Below, piece after piece: positions 16,382 to 17,552 of a DNA stretch of 17,552 nt. The stretch spans positions 1 to 17,552 of the forward strand of contig CAZGJX010000089.1 of NCBI GenBank assembly GCA_964525635.1, in the 5' to 3' direction. A program made the translations under genes and the position numbers. Source of the DNA: an uncultured archaeon. GTDB taxonomy: Archaea; Asgardarchaeota; Lokiarchaeia; Sigyniarchaeales; SOKP01. The stretch's first letter is position 1; each line of letters begins with the position of its first letter. The notes beneath the pieces were generated by a model. That model saw only the letters and a program-made list of their open reading frames with translations, ran no database searches and was not told where the DNA came from.

Positions 16382-17552
16382 TTACCAATTAAAACACGTC
16401 TGAGTTAAAGAGATATTTTCAAAATTTGATTTATATTTTCTCTCTCTGACATTAATAAATATTGGATAATTTACAGCGTTACCCATCAATAACATTTCTC
16501 CTACTCCCAAACTAGAAATCATATTTGCATGTTCTTTGGTGATAGCTTCTGAACTATCCATTAAATGCTTTAAATCATAAGGATTTTTTATATTTAAAAC
16601 CATTTTTGAATTCATTTGAGATAAGGCGGTCGTACTTAATTTTTTAGGCCTCTGGCTAATTAAACATAAGCATGCCATAAATTTACGTCCTTCTCTAGCA
16701 ATAGTTTCGATAATCTTTTTTGAAATCGCAGTAGATTGTGAGGCTTCAGGACATAATTGGTGTGCTTCTTCAACAATAAATAATATTGGGGGGATCTTTT
16801 CCATTCGTCGTAAATAAAAAAGACGATTGAATATATAATCTACAATAATTTGTTTTTTCCTAAGATTAATTTCACTTTGGAGGGAAAAGATAATTAACTT
16901 CCCTTTCTTAATTAAATTCTTTAAGATTGGATTTTCCAAAGGACCAAAAAGATTTAAACGTTCTAATTCTGAAAGCCATCCAATTAAAGCTTGTTTAGTA
17001 TTTTTACTTCCTTCTGGATCTGATTCTATAAGATCTATTATATCATGTAAGGAATATTTTCCTTTTTTTTCATCAATTTTATTTATATTTTGAATATATT
17101 TAGAAAGCTCTCTTACCTGAGCATAAGATATTTGTTGTTGATATTTTTTAAAAGCCCAAGCAGATATTTTTGAAGTGGCAATCTGAAAATAACTTATATT
17201 TTGTAATTCTATTTTGTCTTTTAATTCTCTTATATTTTTTAAGTATGAATATTCTCCATGTATATCTATTAAGATGATACAAGGGGTTCCTTCCTTTCTT
17301 GATAATAGCTCTTCAATAAGAACAGACGTAAGATAACTTTTTCCTCCTCCTGAAATTGATAGAATTGCAAAATGCTTATTTAGTAGGCGATCAACATCTA
17401 TTTTAGCTTTTAAATGAGAACCCTTAATATTTCCTAAATCTAATCCCTCTAAGATATTAAAACCTACGAATTCATTTATTATATCATCATTAACAAGATA
17501 GACTTCTGCCCCAGGGCTTGCAGGGTAAGTCATTCTATGAAGACTATGAATT
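16382..17552 (-). CDS. herA: HerA-family (FtsK/HerA, DUF87) ATPase/helicase, 5'-partial (runs off the window end)
   Basis: HFAILSISGGGKS (Walker A), IDIHGEY, IVEEAHQLCP (Walker B), IAREGRKF (Arg finger), ISQRP, LSQMNS. No in-frame stop between 17533 and the window end; YPASPGAEVYL resembles the end of a HAS-barrel. Confidence 0.87.
   Translation of the reverse strand, partial: IHSLHRMTYPASPGAEVYLVNDDIINEFVGFNILEGLDLGNIKGSHLKAKIDVDRLLNKHFAILSISGGGKSYLTSVLIEELLSRKEGTPCIILIDIHGEYSYLKNIRELKDKIELQNISYFQIATSKISAWAFKKYQQQISYAQVRELSKYIQNINKIDEKKGKYSLHDIIDLIESDPEGSKNTKQALIGWLSELERLNLFGPLENPILKNLIKKGKLIIFSLQSEINLRKKQIIVDYIFNRLFYLRRMEKIPPILFIVEEAHQLCPEASQSTAISKKIIETIAREGRKFMACLCLISQRPKKLSTTALSQMNSKMVLNIKNPYDLKHLMDSSEAITKEHANMISSLGVGEMLLMGNAVNYPIFINVRERKYKSNFENISLTQTCFNW

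Overview
Very AT-rich archaeal DNA, most consistent with an Asgard archaeon (Lokiarchaeia-like). This is inferred from archaeal-type SRP54, aIF5A, Nob1, FEN-1, Cdc48 and HerA, a eukaryote-type GKHGHAK hypusine loop, and TPR proteins with C-terminal longin-like domains. On the minus strand at the left lies a trmY-like, pyrC, AMMECR1 cluster, followed by a small plus-strand Zn-ribbon orphan and srp54 (minus). The plus strand then carries aIF5A, NAD kinase, nob1, fen1, two tandem 731-aa TPR+longin-like paralogs, cdc48 and a small winged-helix-like gene. A 5'-truncated HerA-family ATPase converges on them at the right edge. Most notable: (i) the TPR-longin pair beside cdc48, a candidate proto-trafficking or adaptor module with a locally hypervariable TPR segment; (ii) aIF5A apparently initiating at a non-canonical AUU codon behind a strong SD, with a similar SD+CUG case downstream of cdc48; (iii) a TrmY homolog with a degenerate SAM-binding half; (iv) an SRP54 with an altered LGMGD linker. 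I saw no tRNA, rRNA, CRISPR array or transposase.
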